From NCBI RefSeq assembly GCF_963921235.1, contig NC_086108.1:62994001-63058000 (forward strand): 64,000 bases of DNA, read 5' to 3'. Shown here one piece after another: positions 40,225-52,804 of the stretch (position 1 is the first letter of the stretch; each line of letters opens with the position of its first letter). The translations under genes and the position numbers were made by a program. The DNA is from Mobula hypostoma. Lineage: Eukaryota. The notes under the pieces were generated by a model. It had not been told where the DNA came from. It searched no databases and saw nothing but the letters and a program-made list of their open reading frames with translations.

Positions 40225-43070
40225 AGTTTCTATTTGATGGGGCCTCAGATGGCTGTAGAGGTCAGTCTGGGATCCACATATTCTAGTGCAATGTGGACAC
40301 ATGTAAGTGATGGCTGTGGTTAGTGGTTGGGTCATTTGGTTCTTCATTCTCTCCTTCTGCAGCTGCTCCTTTTTCTCTGCAGCGTAGCAGATGTTGCTGT
40401 CGTGTAGCGCAGCTCCCTCTCAAAGAGATTTCCTCCAGGTGCAATATCTTCCCAGTGTTTGGACTTAATGTTGTATTTCTTCAGGCTGATTTGGATGTTA
40501 CTTTGAAGCTTTTCCTTTGCCCACCAGGGGCTTACTGACCTTCCTTCAACTGGGAGTAAAGGCTCTGTTTAGGGAGACGTGAGTTAAGCATCAGGATGGC
40601 ATGACCTATCCACTAGAGTTGGTGCTGTTTTATCGTGCTGGAGATATGGTTCATGTTGGCCTCCTGTAGTACACTGGTGTTAGTCCTTTTGTCCTTCCAG
40701 CTGATCCTCAAAACCTTTTGTAAGTTTCTTTGGTAGTATTATTCTAGGGCTTTCAGGTGCCTACTGCTGGTGGTCCATGATTCAGTTCCATATAATAATG
40801 TAGGAAGGACAACTGCTTATTGACTAAAGTTTTGTTTGGACCTGTAAGTTGCCACCTTCAAAGACTCATTTTCTTAGTCTTGCGGAGACTCCACTAGACC
40901 TACTCAGATGGTGGTTGATCTCTGGGTCATTGTCTATCTGCTTTTGAGGAGAGAATGCTGCCAAGTTAGGGAAGGTGGTCTACATTTTCAAGGGCAATAT
41001 CATCAACTTTTATGGAGGGATGGATAAATGGCTGGTTGGGCAGTGGCTGAGATAGGACCTGTGTCATTTTCATATTTGAAACAAGACTCAAGGCTCTATA
41101 TTGCTTGGCAAAGATGTTCAGGATACATTGGATGTCTCCTTCAGAGCATGTTGCAATGGTGTTGTCATCTGCTTCATAATAGTGGTGGTGCTGACCTTGT
41201 TTTTGGCCTTGAGCTGGTTGAGGTTGAAATGCCTCTTGTGCGTTCTATACACGATTGAGACTCCGTGTGGTAGGTCTTGGCCAGTGAAGTGAAGGATAGC
41301 AGCAATAAAGATGGCAAATAGGATGGGTGCAGTGATACAGCCCTGTTTGACTCCTGTCTTCACAATGAAGGGTTCTGATTCAGTGCCACTATTTGTTTTT
41401 GTAATTTATTTTTTATTGAGTTTCATCATCAAACAAACATTTCCATAAGATGTATTTCTGATACTGTACATATATATCATATAATCACATTTGTCACAAA
41501 TCTCCACATAATATTTATCTGAGGTATACACTTATAGAAAGAAGAGGAAAGAAAGAACAATTGAAACAATTGTACACTGTACACTATGTACAGTGTAGGG
41601 AGTGATTTTTTTTTACAACATATTCATTGATTGTGAGAATAAAATCAGGCCTATGAGATGTTATGTAGTTAAACCATTTTTTTCCAGTATGAATAAAATT
41701 GTTCCAACTTATGATTAACAGATGTTGTTATCTTCTCCATTTTGTAAATGTCAATTGTAATTTCCATCCATACATTTAAAGTTGGGCTCTCCTGAGATAA
41801 CCATTTCCTGGGAAGGGTCTTTTTACCAGCCACCAGCAGTACATTCATTAAATATTTATATTTATCTCTTTTCAACCATTCTTGAGGTATATACCCAAAA
41901 TAATATAGTCTTACTCTCTAAGTGTATTTATCTGTTAGTATATCATTGAAATTTGCAGAATATAACTTAATCGATCTACTCCCTGAGCCATTAAGAACCA
42001 AGAAATGTGAATAATAAAAAAAATGGTAAGGAAGGTGTGATTCCAAGGCTGGGGTCTTTAGATGACCCTGGGTTGGGCTAGAAGAAAAATCTAGCTGTGG
42101 GGGATAGTCCCTCCTACCTGTGGGTTGAGTGCCCCAGCTGCAGTACCTATAAAAGTAAGTAAAAAAAACTATAGCCATTACACAGAAGTGATTTCCCTGT
42201 GTATTCCTCCCATGTATATATTCTCATTTAGGTGGGGAAAAAGTAATGAATAAATGATTTTTTTAAAAATTGTGTAATATAAAATCCACATTATAACACG
42301 TGTTTCTTGAGATAGGTATATCACCGTCTATTTTTGCTTCCGTTTAGTTTAACAGCACTTTTAAGGTTAGCCAAACCTTATTCAGTGCCACTATTTCTGA
42401 GTACTGTCACTGACATGCCATCATTCAGTAGCTGCAGTATTCATAAGTTCTTGTCAGGACAGCCATATCTTAATAGTACACGCCAGAAAGCTTGATTATC
42501 TACTGTACTGAGTGCCTTTGTCAAATCTATGAAAGCCAAGTACAAGGGTTGACTTTGTTCACACCATTTTTCCTGTCATTGGCTTTGGCATGCTGTGAAG
42601 GTCATGTCTGTGGTACCGCTAGTTGGACCCTGATCGCGATCTGCCAAGGACCGTCTGGTGGCTGCCCATGATTCAGGCTCCCCAGTCTGCTTACCCTACC
42701 TGAGGAAGAGGCTGGAAAAGAAGCCCTAAAAATAACCTTCCTCAAAACCTCCTGACTGGATTACTGCATCCAGAGGGATCACCATATGTGGTCAGACAAA
42801 AAAGAAACATGACTTTTGGAGCCTGGAATATATGGACTAGGATAGATAGTGCAACCTGTGATCAACCATAAAGGAAAACCGTGATCATTGCCAGAGAACT
42901 GAGGAGATTAACTTAGCTACTCTTTCTGAAACCCATCTGGCATACAAAGGGCAACTGAGGGAGAAGAGGGTGCTTACACCTTCTTAGGGAAAGCAGATCA
43001 GCCCAGGATCCATGGTGTTAGGCCTCACCTAATTAGCCACCTCAATAAGTAATCCTTTATTCCCAGGAGT
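40225..43070 (-). mobile_element. RTE-clade LINE, interrupted by an L1 and with an inverted 5' segment
   Basis: Minus strand: TGVKQGC...PILFAIF (41118-41363) and an AFIDLTKA-like motif near 42515-42545. Plus strand from 42809: MTFGAWNI...IIARELRR...LSETHL (APE domain). Confidence 0.8.
41395..42379 (-). mobile_element. L1-clade insertion with a 17-bp TSD
   Basis: ATTCAGTGCCACTATTT repeated at 41378-41394 and 42380-42396. A-rich tail and AATAAA on the minus strand. ORF2 C-terminus LLVAGKK...WL...PT...W...MEKIT. Confidence 0.85.
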
Positions 43071-43283
43071 CAACTGATGAACTTTGAGCTTCCTCCAAAG
43101 TAAATAAAAGAAAGCCTAAACTGTAGACAGGCTTCCCAGTATCATCTCATCAATGTGAAAATGCTCTTCTAGATGTATTCTCCACCAACTTTGCAATGAA
43201 GGCCAACGTTCCAGATTCTTTTCAAATTATTTGCTGTACTGAATGTTAGCCTTCTGTGTTTTGTGTGCAAGTAAACTCAGATA

Positions 43284-43399
43284 CTCTCTCTTCTTTCAGT
43301 TAGTCCTGACGAAGGGTCTCGGCCCGAAAAGTCGACTGTATCCCTTCCTATAGATGCTGCCTGGCCTGTTGCGTCCACCAGCAGTTTTTGTGTGTGTTG
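43284..43399 (+). mobile_element. Penelope-like terminal fragment carrying a minimal hammerhead ribozyme motif
   Basis: AGTC-CTGACGA-AGGGTCTCGGCCC-GAAA-AGTC-GACT, flanked by a CTCAGAT direct repeat. Confidence 0.7.
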
Positions 43400-43791
43400 C
43401 TCAGATCCTTTTGCACTGCATTCTGATTTTCTGTTCTTCCCACCAAACTGGATGATCTCTCACTTCTCCCCGTTATATTCCCTCTAGCAAATTTTACCTC
43501 TATGCCTACCCTTTTGCATCTTTATTGCATCCTTCTTGAATTCCTATCAGTAAATCTGACTACATGTTCAGCCCTTTAAACGATGTCATTGGTATAAATT
43601 GTAAATAGCTGAGGCTCCATCACTGATCTTTCAGGCACCATATTAGTAAAGTTTGCTGTCTGAAAATACTTCATTTGTTTCAACTCTTTTTTCTTGATTA
43701 GCTAGTTCATCTGTGTTAATACATTACTCCCAATGCCATTTTATTTTATGTGGCAAATCAATATATGTTACTCAGTGCTTCAAATGCACTG

Positions 43792-45700
43792 AATCAGAAT
43801 CAGGTTTACTGCCACTAGATATGTCGTGAAATTTGTTGTTTTGCAGCAGCAGTACACTGCAATACTAAAAACTATAATAATAAAAAACTATAAATTACAA
43901 TAAGTATATATAAAAAAGAAAATTGCATTAAAGAAGTAGTATAAAAAAGAAGAAAGTTGAGGTCGTGTTCATGGGTTTATTGTCTACTCAGAAATCTGAT
44001 GGCGGAGGGGAAGAAGCTATTCCCGGAACATTGAGTGTGTGTCTTCAGACTCCTGTATCTCCTCCTTGATGAGAAGAGGGCATGTCCTGTGTGATGGGGA
44101 TTCTTAAGGATGGGTGCTGCCTTTTTGAGGCATCGCTTTTAAAGGTGTCCTGGACGCTGGTAGGCTTGTGCCCATGGTGGAATTGGCTGAGTTTACAACT
44201 TTCGGCAGCTTTTTCTGATCCTGTGCAGTGTCCTTACCCTCCCCCCCCCCCCCCACATATATCAGACAGTGATGCAACCAGTTAGAATGCTCTCCATGGT
44301 ACATCTGTAGAAATTTTTGAGCGTATTTGGTGACATTCCAATTCTCCTCAAGTGCCTAATAAAATATAGCTGTTGTTGTTCCTTCTTTGTAATTGCATCA
44401 ATATGTTGGGGCTAAGATAGATCTTCAGAGATGCTGACATCCAGGAACTTGAAAACTGTTCACCCTTTCCTCTTATGATTTCTTGATGAGGACTGGTGTG
44501 TCCCCTCATCTTCCCCTTCCTGCAGTCCACAATCAGTTCCTTGGTTTTACTGATGTTGGGTACAAGATTGTTGTTGTGACACCATTCAACCAGCTGATCT
44601 ATCTCTCTCCTGTATGCTTTGTCATCACCACCTACAATTCTGCCAACAATAGCTGTGTTGTCGGCAAATTTATGGGTGGAATTTGTGCGGTGCCTAGCCA
44701 CACAGTCGTGGGTGTAGACAGAGTAGAGCAGTGGGCTAAGCATGCATCCTGTTGATTGTCAGCAAGGAGGAGTTGTTATTTTCAATTCACACAGAGTGTT
44801 GTCTCCCAGTGAGGAAATCAAGGATCCAGGTGCAGAGGGGTGTACAGGTACCCAGGTTTTGGAGCTTGTTGATTAGAACTGAGGGTAGGATTGTGTTGAA
44901 TGCTGAGCTGTAGACAATAAACAGCAGGCGGACATAGGTATTCCAAGTGATCTAAGGCCAAGTGGAGAGCCAGTGAGATTGCATTCACAGTAGACCTATT
45001 GTGGTGATAGGCAAATTGGAGTGGGTTCAGTTACTTGCTTAGACAGGAGTTGGTTCAAGCCATGACCAACCTCTCAAAGCACTTCATCACAGGAGAGATG
45101 GATCAGTGAGGCAGCTCACCATGCACATCTTGGGGACCGGTTTTCAGGGCCCTACCCGGTACACTATCAGGTGCGAGGGTTCACCTTCTGCTGTCGGCCT
45201 CTGAGACAGAAATCACAGGGTTACCAGATGCTGCAGGGATTCGCACAAGTGTAGTTTTATTTTCCCTTTCAAGGCATACGTAAAATGCATTGAGCTCATC
45301 TGGGTGTGAAGCCATTCATGATGTTAGATTTCACTTTGTACTAAGTAATGACCTGCAAACATTGCCAGAACTGACCTGCATCCAATTCCGTCTCTAACCT
45401 CAATCAGAATTGATTGCTTTGCCCTTAAAATAACCTTCCGTAGGTCATACCTGGACTTCTTGTACAGTTCTGGATTATTGGTCTTGAATGCCATAGATCT
45501 AGCCCTCAGCAGACTACAAATCTCCTGGTTTATCCATGGCATTTGATTTGGTAATGCCTGGCATGTTCTCAAAGGCACACATTCACCCACACAGGTCTTG
45601 ATGAAGTCGGTGACAACTGTGGTGTATTCATTCAGACTTAGAGGTCGGTCCTTGAATATTGTCATCCACTGACTCAAAACAGCCCTATAAATGGTCTTCT
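43792..45700 (-). mobile_element. Rex1-like LINE (decayed)
   Basis: ORF 44348-44743 LSPLLYS.YTHDC...KFAD and ORF 45324-45677. The tail reads GAATCAGAATCAGG on the + strand. Confidence 0.88.
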
Positions 45701-45954
45701 GCCTCCCTTGACCATAGCTTCTTGGCCCTCACCTATATACCTCCAGATGATTGGACTTTCCAAAGTGCGGGCATGGGATGGCACAGTAAATGTTCTTGAT
45801 GGTGATATAACAGTAGCCAAGTGTGGCATCTCTGATTCCACAGGTCCAAAGTACAAAGTAAAATTTACTAACAGAGTACATACAATATATATCATCACAT
45901 GCAACCCAGAGATTTTTTTCCTATGGGCATACTTAACAAATCTATAGAACAGTA

Positions 45955-47604
45955 CAGGTGTCCCCTGCTTTTTGAACGTTTGCTTGATGAAACCTCACTG
46001 TTACGAAAGATCTACATTAGTTACCTGTTTTCACTAACAGAAGGTGTTTTCACTGTTACGAAAAAAGGCAGCGCGCAAAAAAAAAGCGCGCGATAAAAGG
46101 CAGCGTGCGCCCCGAGCAGTCAAGCTCTTCCCCCAGAACTGCATTCTCGCCGGCATTGCTTAAACACGTGCCTGTGAGTATCCGTTTGCAAGATGAGTTC
46201 TAAGGTATCGGAAAAGCCTAAAAGAGCTCATAAGGGCGTTACAGTTAGTGTAAAACTAGACGTAATTAAGCGTTTCGATTGTGATGAACGAAGTAAGGAC
46301 AAAGTGAGTTTGGCTTGTGGAAGTTGACGAAGATGATGTTGAAGAGGTTTTGGCATCCCATGACCAAGAACTGATAGATGAAGAGCTGATGCAATTGGAA
46401 GAGGAAAGGATAACAATCGAAACCGAATACAGTAGCGAACAGACCGAAAGTGAAGTCATCCAGGAACTGAACATGAAGCAACTGCGTGAGATTTTCGCTG
46501 CAATGATAAAGTACGACTTTAATTTTGAAAGGGTACATCGGTTTAGGGCATATTTGCAAGATGGTTTGAGTGCTTACAAAGAACTGTATGATAGAAAACT
46601 GCGCAAGGCTAAGCAGTAAAGGAAGCCTTCCAATCAGCCACAGCAGACGACGAATCTCGACCTTCGACATCAAGGCAGACAGACATAGAAGAAGATGACC
46701 TGCCTCCCTGATGGAAACAGACGACAATGAGATGACACCCCAGTGTTCCACCAGCCCAACCCCTGGGCTGCAGACCGATACATTGCCGCGGAGAATGCAG
46801 CGGCAGCCGGGTTGTGGAGAATGCAGTGGTAGCCGGGGCATACCCAGCACATCGTTAAGAAAAAAACGGAAATAAACAAGCTAATTAATTAGGTGCCATC
46901 CGGCATGTAAATGTCGGCCCAGATCAGAGGCGATTGCTGATTGAGTCGCCTCTGATCTGGGTCAACATTTAGGTGCCAGGCGGCACCTAATTAATTAGCT
47001 TGTTTATTTCGGCTTTTTCCTTAAAGATGTGCTGGGTGCGTCCCAGCCACCGCTGTACCGCTGCATGCTTCGCGGATCGGTATCGGTTCGCTACCCGGAG
47101 GGTGGGAGCCATTGCATCGCCCCAACCTCCGATGACTCAGCCTAACACACCGTCATCAGTGTGCTCGGCGCTGTCTTCCTGATTCCCGTAAGTGATACTA
47201 CACCGTACATATATTATTTCTACTTTATATAGGCTGTGTATTTTTATGTGTTATTTGGTAGATTTGGCAGCTTCATAGCTTAAGGGTTACTGGAGAGTGT
47301 TTTTGCCGAGAGCGCTTGCGTGAGACTTTCGCTACGGAGAGCAGTGCAGCAATGATTGTAGAGAAGTATTTCTACTTTATATAGGCTGTGTATTTATCAT
47401 ATCTTTCCTGCTTTTACTATATGTTACTGTTATTTTAGGTTTTATGTGTTATTTGGCATGACTTGGTAGGTTATTTTTGGGTCTGCGAACGCTCACAAAT
47501 TTTTCCCATATAAATAAATGGTAATTGCTTCTTTGTTTTACGACATTTCGGCTTGTGAACCATTTCATAGAAACGCTCTACCTTCGGATGGCGGGGGAAA
47601 CCTG
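45955..47604 (+). mobile_element. Tigger/pogo non-autonomous element (internally deleted transposase)
   Basis: TA TSD. TIRs CAGGTGTCCCC / GGGGAAACCTG. CENP-B-type N-terminus MSSKVSEKPKRAHKGVTVSVKLDVIKRFD sits next to the acidic C-terminus EVDEDDVEEVLASHDQEL, and the DDE core is missing. Confidence 0.9.
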
Positions 47605-47791
47605 TAACTGTAAACAGGATCTGTAAACTGCGAGCACCAGGAACTGTAAACAAAACAAACTGTGCAAATGCAGATATAAATAAATAGCAATAAATAATGA
47701 ACATGAAATAACAACATAAAAGAGTCCTTAAATGAGTGTTGTTATCCCCTTTTGTTCAACCGCCTGATAGCTGAGGGGTAGTAACTGTTGC

Positions 47792-49775
47792 TCATTATCA
47801 GACCCTCAAAATGGGTTGCAGGAGGAAAAGGGCTGCAGTTTGGTCAACGGTTGCCACCGATACGAGCCTATATGGATGATATAACAATACTAAAGGCAAC
47901 TGTCCCCTGCACCAAGAGACTTCTGGAAAAGCTTCATCAAAACACCACATGGGCGAGGATGAAGATCAAGTCCAGCAAGTGCAGAACCATCTCCATTGTC
48001 AAAGGTCAAGTCACGGATGAAAGATTTCAGATTGACGGGACACCTGTCCCAACTGCTTCAGAAATGCCAGTGAAGAGCTTGGGCCGATGGTACGATGCTA
48101 AGCTCAAGGACACTGAGCAGTTTAAACAACTAAAAAAGGATACCATCATGTATATAGCTTGCAACAAGACCTTACTGCCAGGAAAACTCAAGCTGTAGTG
48201 CTTCCAGTTCGGCATACTCCCAAGACTCATGTGGCCTTTAACAGTGAATGAAATCCCCATCAGCAAGGTTGAAAAGCTTGACAGAATGATCAGCACACAT
48301 GTAAATCAGAGGCTTGGACTTCCATGATGCTTAAGTCCTGTTGGACTGTACGGGAACGGCAAATTGGAATTACCAATTGCAAGTCTTGTGGAAGAATTCA
48401 AATGCACCAATGCAAAATTGGTCATGACCCTCACTGAATCTGAAGATACTGTTATTTGAACAGCGCCCCCCCCCCCCCCGCGTGGCAACGGGGAGAAAGT
48501 GAACCCCATCTGAAGCTGTTCAGAGTGCTAAGTCTGCTCTTCGCTTCAGGGATGTGGTTGGCCAAGTCCAACATGGGAGAGCCGGGCTTGGGCTCGTCCC
48601 AAAAGCTCCTCAGTGGCACAAGGCAACATCAGTGCAGAAGAGATGGCTCCTGGTGGAGGAGTTGAGAAGACAGGAGGAGGCAGAGTGAAACGCCAGGGCT
48701 CTCTCAATGGCCAAGCAGGGCCAATGGACTAATTGGGAGAGCCTGGAAAAGAGGAAACTTAGCTGGCGTGACATCCGGGAGATGGAGGGATCTCGACTAA
48801 GTTTTGTCATCAGAGCCACTTATGACCTCCTACCCACACCCCAGAACCTGAACCAGTGGTGGGGAGAAGACCCCGCTTGCTTCCATTGTCAAACACCTGG
48901 ATCACTAAGGCACATTTTAACAGGATGCACCACGAACCTCACCCAGGGACGGTACACTTGACGGCATAACCAAGTTCTCAAACAGCTGGCATCAATCTTG
49001 GAACAGAGACGAATCATCACAAATGCTCTCCCACAAACATCGGCAGGAAATGTCCACATTACACGATTTGTACCAGCAGGCCAACCTCCAGAGCACCATA
49101 TAACATCAAAAGATGTAAGCATTCTGCAGGTTGCTCTGGATTGGAAAATGGACGTGGACTTGGAAAAAAAGCTTGTGTTTGTCCCAGACATTGCGGCTAC
49201 AACACTCCAGCCAGACATGGTCCTGTGGTCCATAACAGCCAAGCTGGCATATGTTGTGGAACTAGCAGTACCATGGGAAGATGGTGTCAAAGAAGCTTAT
49301 AAGAGGGAAAAGACCAAGTACTCTGAACTGGCAACTGAAGCTGCCCAGAACGGCTGGAAGACCAAGGTTTTCCCTGTAGAAGTGGGATGCAGGGGATTCG
49401 TTGCTACATCTACGACCAGTCTATTGAAGAAGATGGAGGTGAGGGGTTATAAGCAATCAAGTCCTTGTCAAATGCAGCAGGAGAAAGCAGCAATTGGATT
49501 TGTATTAAAAGGAAAGACAACAACTGGGCTGCAAGATGAAGACAGGAGGGTATAGAACTGAGGAGGGGTGTATCTGGGACGCCAGGTAGCACCGTTGAGC
49601 TCTCTGGAGACGTCGTGGGCTTATCAACGAAATGTCTAAGAAGGAGGGTGCCCACCTGATGACCCCGATGACGTACCTACCCTCCCTCCTCGTCACCACT
49701 CCACGCCCACTGTCAACATCGAGAGTGCTGACTTACCATAGGGATTGAAATATCAAGTCCTAGTAGCTCTATTAT
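47792..49775 (+). mobile_element. HERO-like (R2 group) RLE non-LTR retrotransposon, 5'-truncated
   Basis: RT RLPPIRAYMDD, CCHC finger CFHCQTPGSLRHILTGC, RHNQVL, and restriction-like endonuclease PDMVLWS...VELAVPWE...K..KY...PVEVGCRG. Several stops and frameshifts. Confidence 0.88.
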
Positions 49776-51837
49776 TGAACTGGTGGTGTGAGTCCTGAGC
49801 CACTTGTGCCTTCTACTTGATGGCAGCAGTGAGAAAAGAGCATTTCCTGGGTTATGAAGATCTTTGATGATGGATGCTGCTTTTTTACAGCGACGTTTCA
49901 TGTGGATGTGTTCCATGGTTTTGGGGGCTTTACCCGTGGTGAGCTGGGCTGAGTCCACTACCTTTTATAGGATTTTCTGCTCAAAGGCATTGGTGTTCCC
50001 ATACCGGGCCATAATGCAGCCAGTCAGCACACTTTACACCACATCTACAGAAGTTTGCCAAGTTTTTTGATGACATGCCATATCTCAGCAGAGTCCTGAG
50101 GAAGAAGAGGCGCTGTCATGCTTTCTTCATAATTACATTTATATGATGGGTCCAGGACAGTGACACCCGGGAATTTAAAGTTACTGACCCTCTCCACCTC
50201 TGATCTTCCAATGTTTACTAGCTCATGAACCTCTGATTTCCCTCTCCTGAAGTCTACTATCAGTTCTTTGGTCTTATTGACATTGAATGAGAGGTTGTTG
50301 ATATTACACAACTCGGCTAAATTTTCAGTCTCTCTCCTGTATGTTGATACAGCCCACCTTTGATACAACCCACAACAGTGGTGTCATCAACAAACTTGCA
50401 CATGGTGTTGAAGCTGTACTTAGCCACACAGTTATAGGTAGAGCAGAGTTCTAAGGAAACATCCCTGTGGTGGTGCTGTGCTGGTGGAGGTTGTGGAGGG
50501 GTATTTTTGCCGATCTGAACTGACTGGGGTCTACAAGTGAGGAAATCCAGGATCCAATTGCAGAAGGGAGTATTGAGGCCCAGGTCTTGAGAGTTTACTG
50601 ATTAGTTTTGAGGGGATGAAGCTGTAATCAATAAAGAACATCCTGATGTATGCACCTTTGCTGTCCAGATGTTCTAGGGTTGTATGAAGAGTGAAGAGCT
50701 GACAGGAGTGCATCTGTTGTAGACGTGTTGTTTTCAGTAGGCAAATTGGAGTGGATTCAAGTCGCCACTCAGACAGGAACTGATATGGTTCAACATCAGT
50801 CTCTCAAAACACTTTATCACTGTGATGTAAGTGCCACTGGGCAATAGTCATTTAGACAATTTACCACACTCTTCTTGGGCACCGATATATTGGTGGTAGT
50901 TGTTCAGAGACTTCTTCAAGCTGGCCTGATGAAAATCTCGCGCAATAATAGGGAAGGCATCATCTTACACAGCTTTGTGCCTGCTTGTTATATTGCTCAG
51001 CTCCTCCAGAGCTTACCTGGCATTGGCCTGAGATGGATGATAGCTGATAAAATGATGATATTTGGTTACTGGATGTTCCAAGTCGGATGAACAGGACTGA
51101 GGTGGAACCACGATGAGTTCATCCTAAAGCATACTCTGCCTCCTCTGTCTTTAAAAGACTGTGTTGTCTTGTCCTTGCAGAGAATGGTGAAACCATTGAG
51201 CTGCAGTGCTGCACCCAAAATGGAGGGCAATAGCTATGTTTCTGTGAAGCAAACAACACAGCAGTCCCTGATATCCTTCTGGTACAGCAATCTTGCTCTG
51301 GAAATCTTCAATTTTATTTTTCAGAGACTGTGCATTCACCAGCAGCATAGTTGGGAGTGGAAATCTAAGGTCTCTGGTACTTCAATTGTACCTGTAGACT
51401 GCCACAGTGTCCCCACTCACAGTTTTTTTAAAGGGGAACTGCACTCATGACCTATCAATTTTGATAGATTTTTTAAATGTTCTAAAACAATGCTGCTTAC
51501 TGAACTACCTACAGCTATGAATGTGGATTTTACTGTATGGACTGGTTCTCCTTCATCCATCTTGCTCTTTGCATTCTCAAAGTATTTTTGCATCACAAAG
51601 CCCTGTTACTGCTGCTTGATTGTATGAAAATTTTCCAAGTATTCTGCCATTTCCTTCTCGATGGCCTGCTGATTTTCCCAATGACAGATGTCAGACTCGT
51701 TGACCAAAATCAGAAAAACGAAACCCCTTCCTGGTTACCAATGCTCGATTTAACCCCCCCCCCCCGCCATCATACAGGTTGAATTTAAGACCAGAAGATT
51801 AGAAGCGAATAAGCAAATTATCTATTTTAAAAGTGTG

Positions 51838-52190
51838 GTGGGGTGGTGCTACGTATCTACCAAAGGAGGTGTAAGGCACACCTTCCCTCTGCTAGCCTGC
51901 AGGTCAACCTTGGACAAGGTGTAAGCACCTGCTTAACCCCCCCCCCCACCCCAATCAGGGTCACATGAAGCCATGGGAGCATGTGGTGGATAGTCATGTG
52001 AGTAGCTGGTGCATATTACTAGTTTTGGGACCACTGATGCCAGGCAGACAGTCTGTGAATGGATAATGTAAAGACATTGCCCAGAAGAATGCAATGGCAA
52101 ACCACTTCTGTAGAAAAACTTGCCAAGAGCAATCATTATTGTGGAAAGACCATGATCACCCATGTGTTATGACACAACACATAAGGAAAG
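51838..52190 (+). mobile_element. Short RTE/BovB-related non-autonomous element (SINE-like)
   Basis: The 3' part AGAAGAATGCAATGGCAAACCACTTCTGTAG...CTTGCCAAG resembles the RTE-BovB 3' motif. Non-coding, about 350 bp. Confidence 0.55.
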
Positions 52191-52804
52191 AATATTTTAA
52201 ATATTTGATATGGGCGGGGGTTTATTGTCAGCTCCCCCCTTCCATCTCAGTTGTGTCTCTATTGTGATTAGGTATTCATGTAATTCAATGGCAAGTTTCC
52301 CACAAATACAAGTTATAGTCAATCATGTTTGTCTTTTGATTGAGAGTGTTTCCAGCAGCGAAATCACCATAACTGCTGCTATTTGATGTATACAAAAATT
52401 TGTATTTACCAAAACAGATGAAATTCAGTAATATGACATCATTTGGGCAGTAGTATCAAAATCTAAACAGGCGTAACTTCAGCAAGGATAACAATATCCA
52501 CGATTTGCTTCTAAAACACAGAATGCTAAGTTTTTTTAAAATCATTTATTCACATTAAACTTAAATGAGTTTCTTCCAGACAGAGATTTTTCTTACCTAA
52601 TGAGTTGTGTTTAGTCTTGTGGAACAGGAAAGTAAATGCACTGTTCCAGAAATATCCCTGGAGGTTTCAAGATACCATTTTACAAAACTCGAATAATGCA
52701 ACAATTTTGAAATTACATACCTGCTCACCAGGTGTGGTTTGCCATGCTCCATTTCAACTCACTGGGGTGTTGGTTCCCTGGTCCAAATTAACCCACCAAG
52801 GGTG

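Larger units (their letters stand above)
45850..51500 (-). mobile_element. Rex1-like LINE (decayed) hosting the Tigger and HERO insertions
   Basis: 3' tail at 45850-45952 continues at 47607-47790 and 49776. RT remnants at 50045-50713. EN remnant LLVNAQSLKNK at 51151-51348. Confidence 0.8.

Noticed and set aside
46317..46619. Domesticated TIGD/CENP-B-like gene
   Set aside because: It lies between TIRs with a TA TSD, lacks the DDE core, and is out of frame with the N-terminal remnant.
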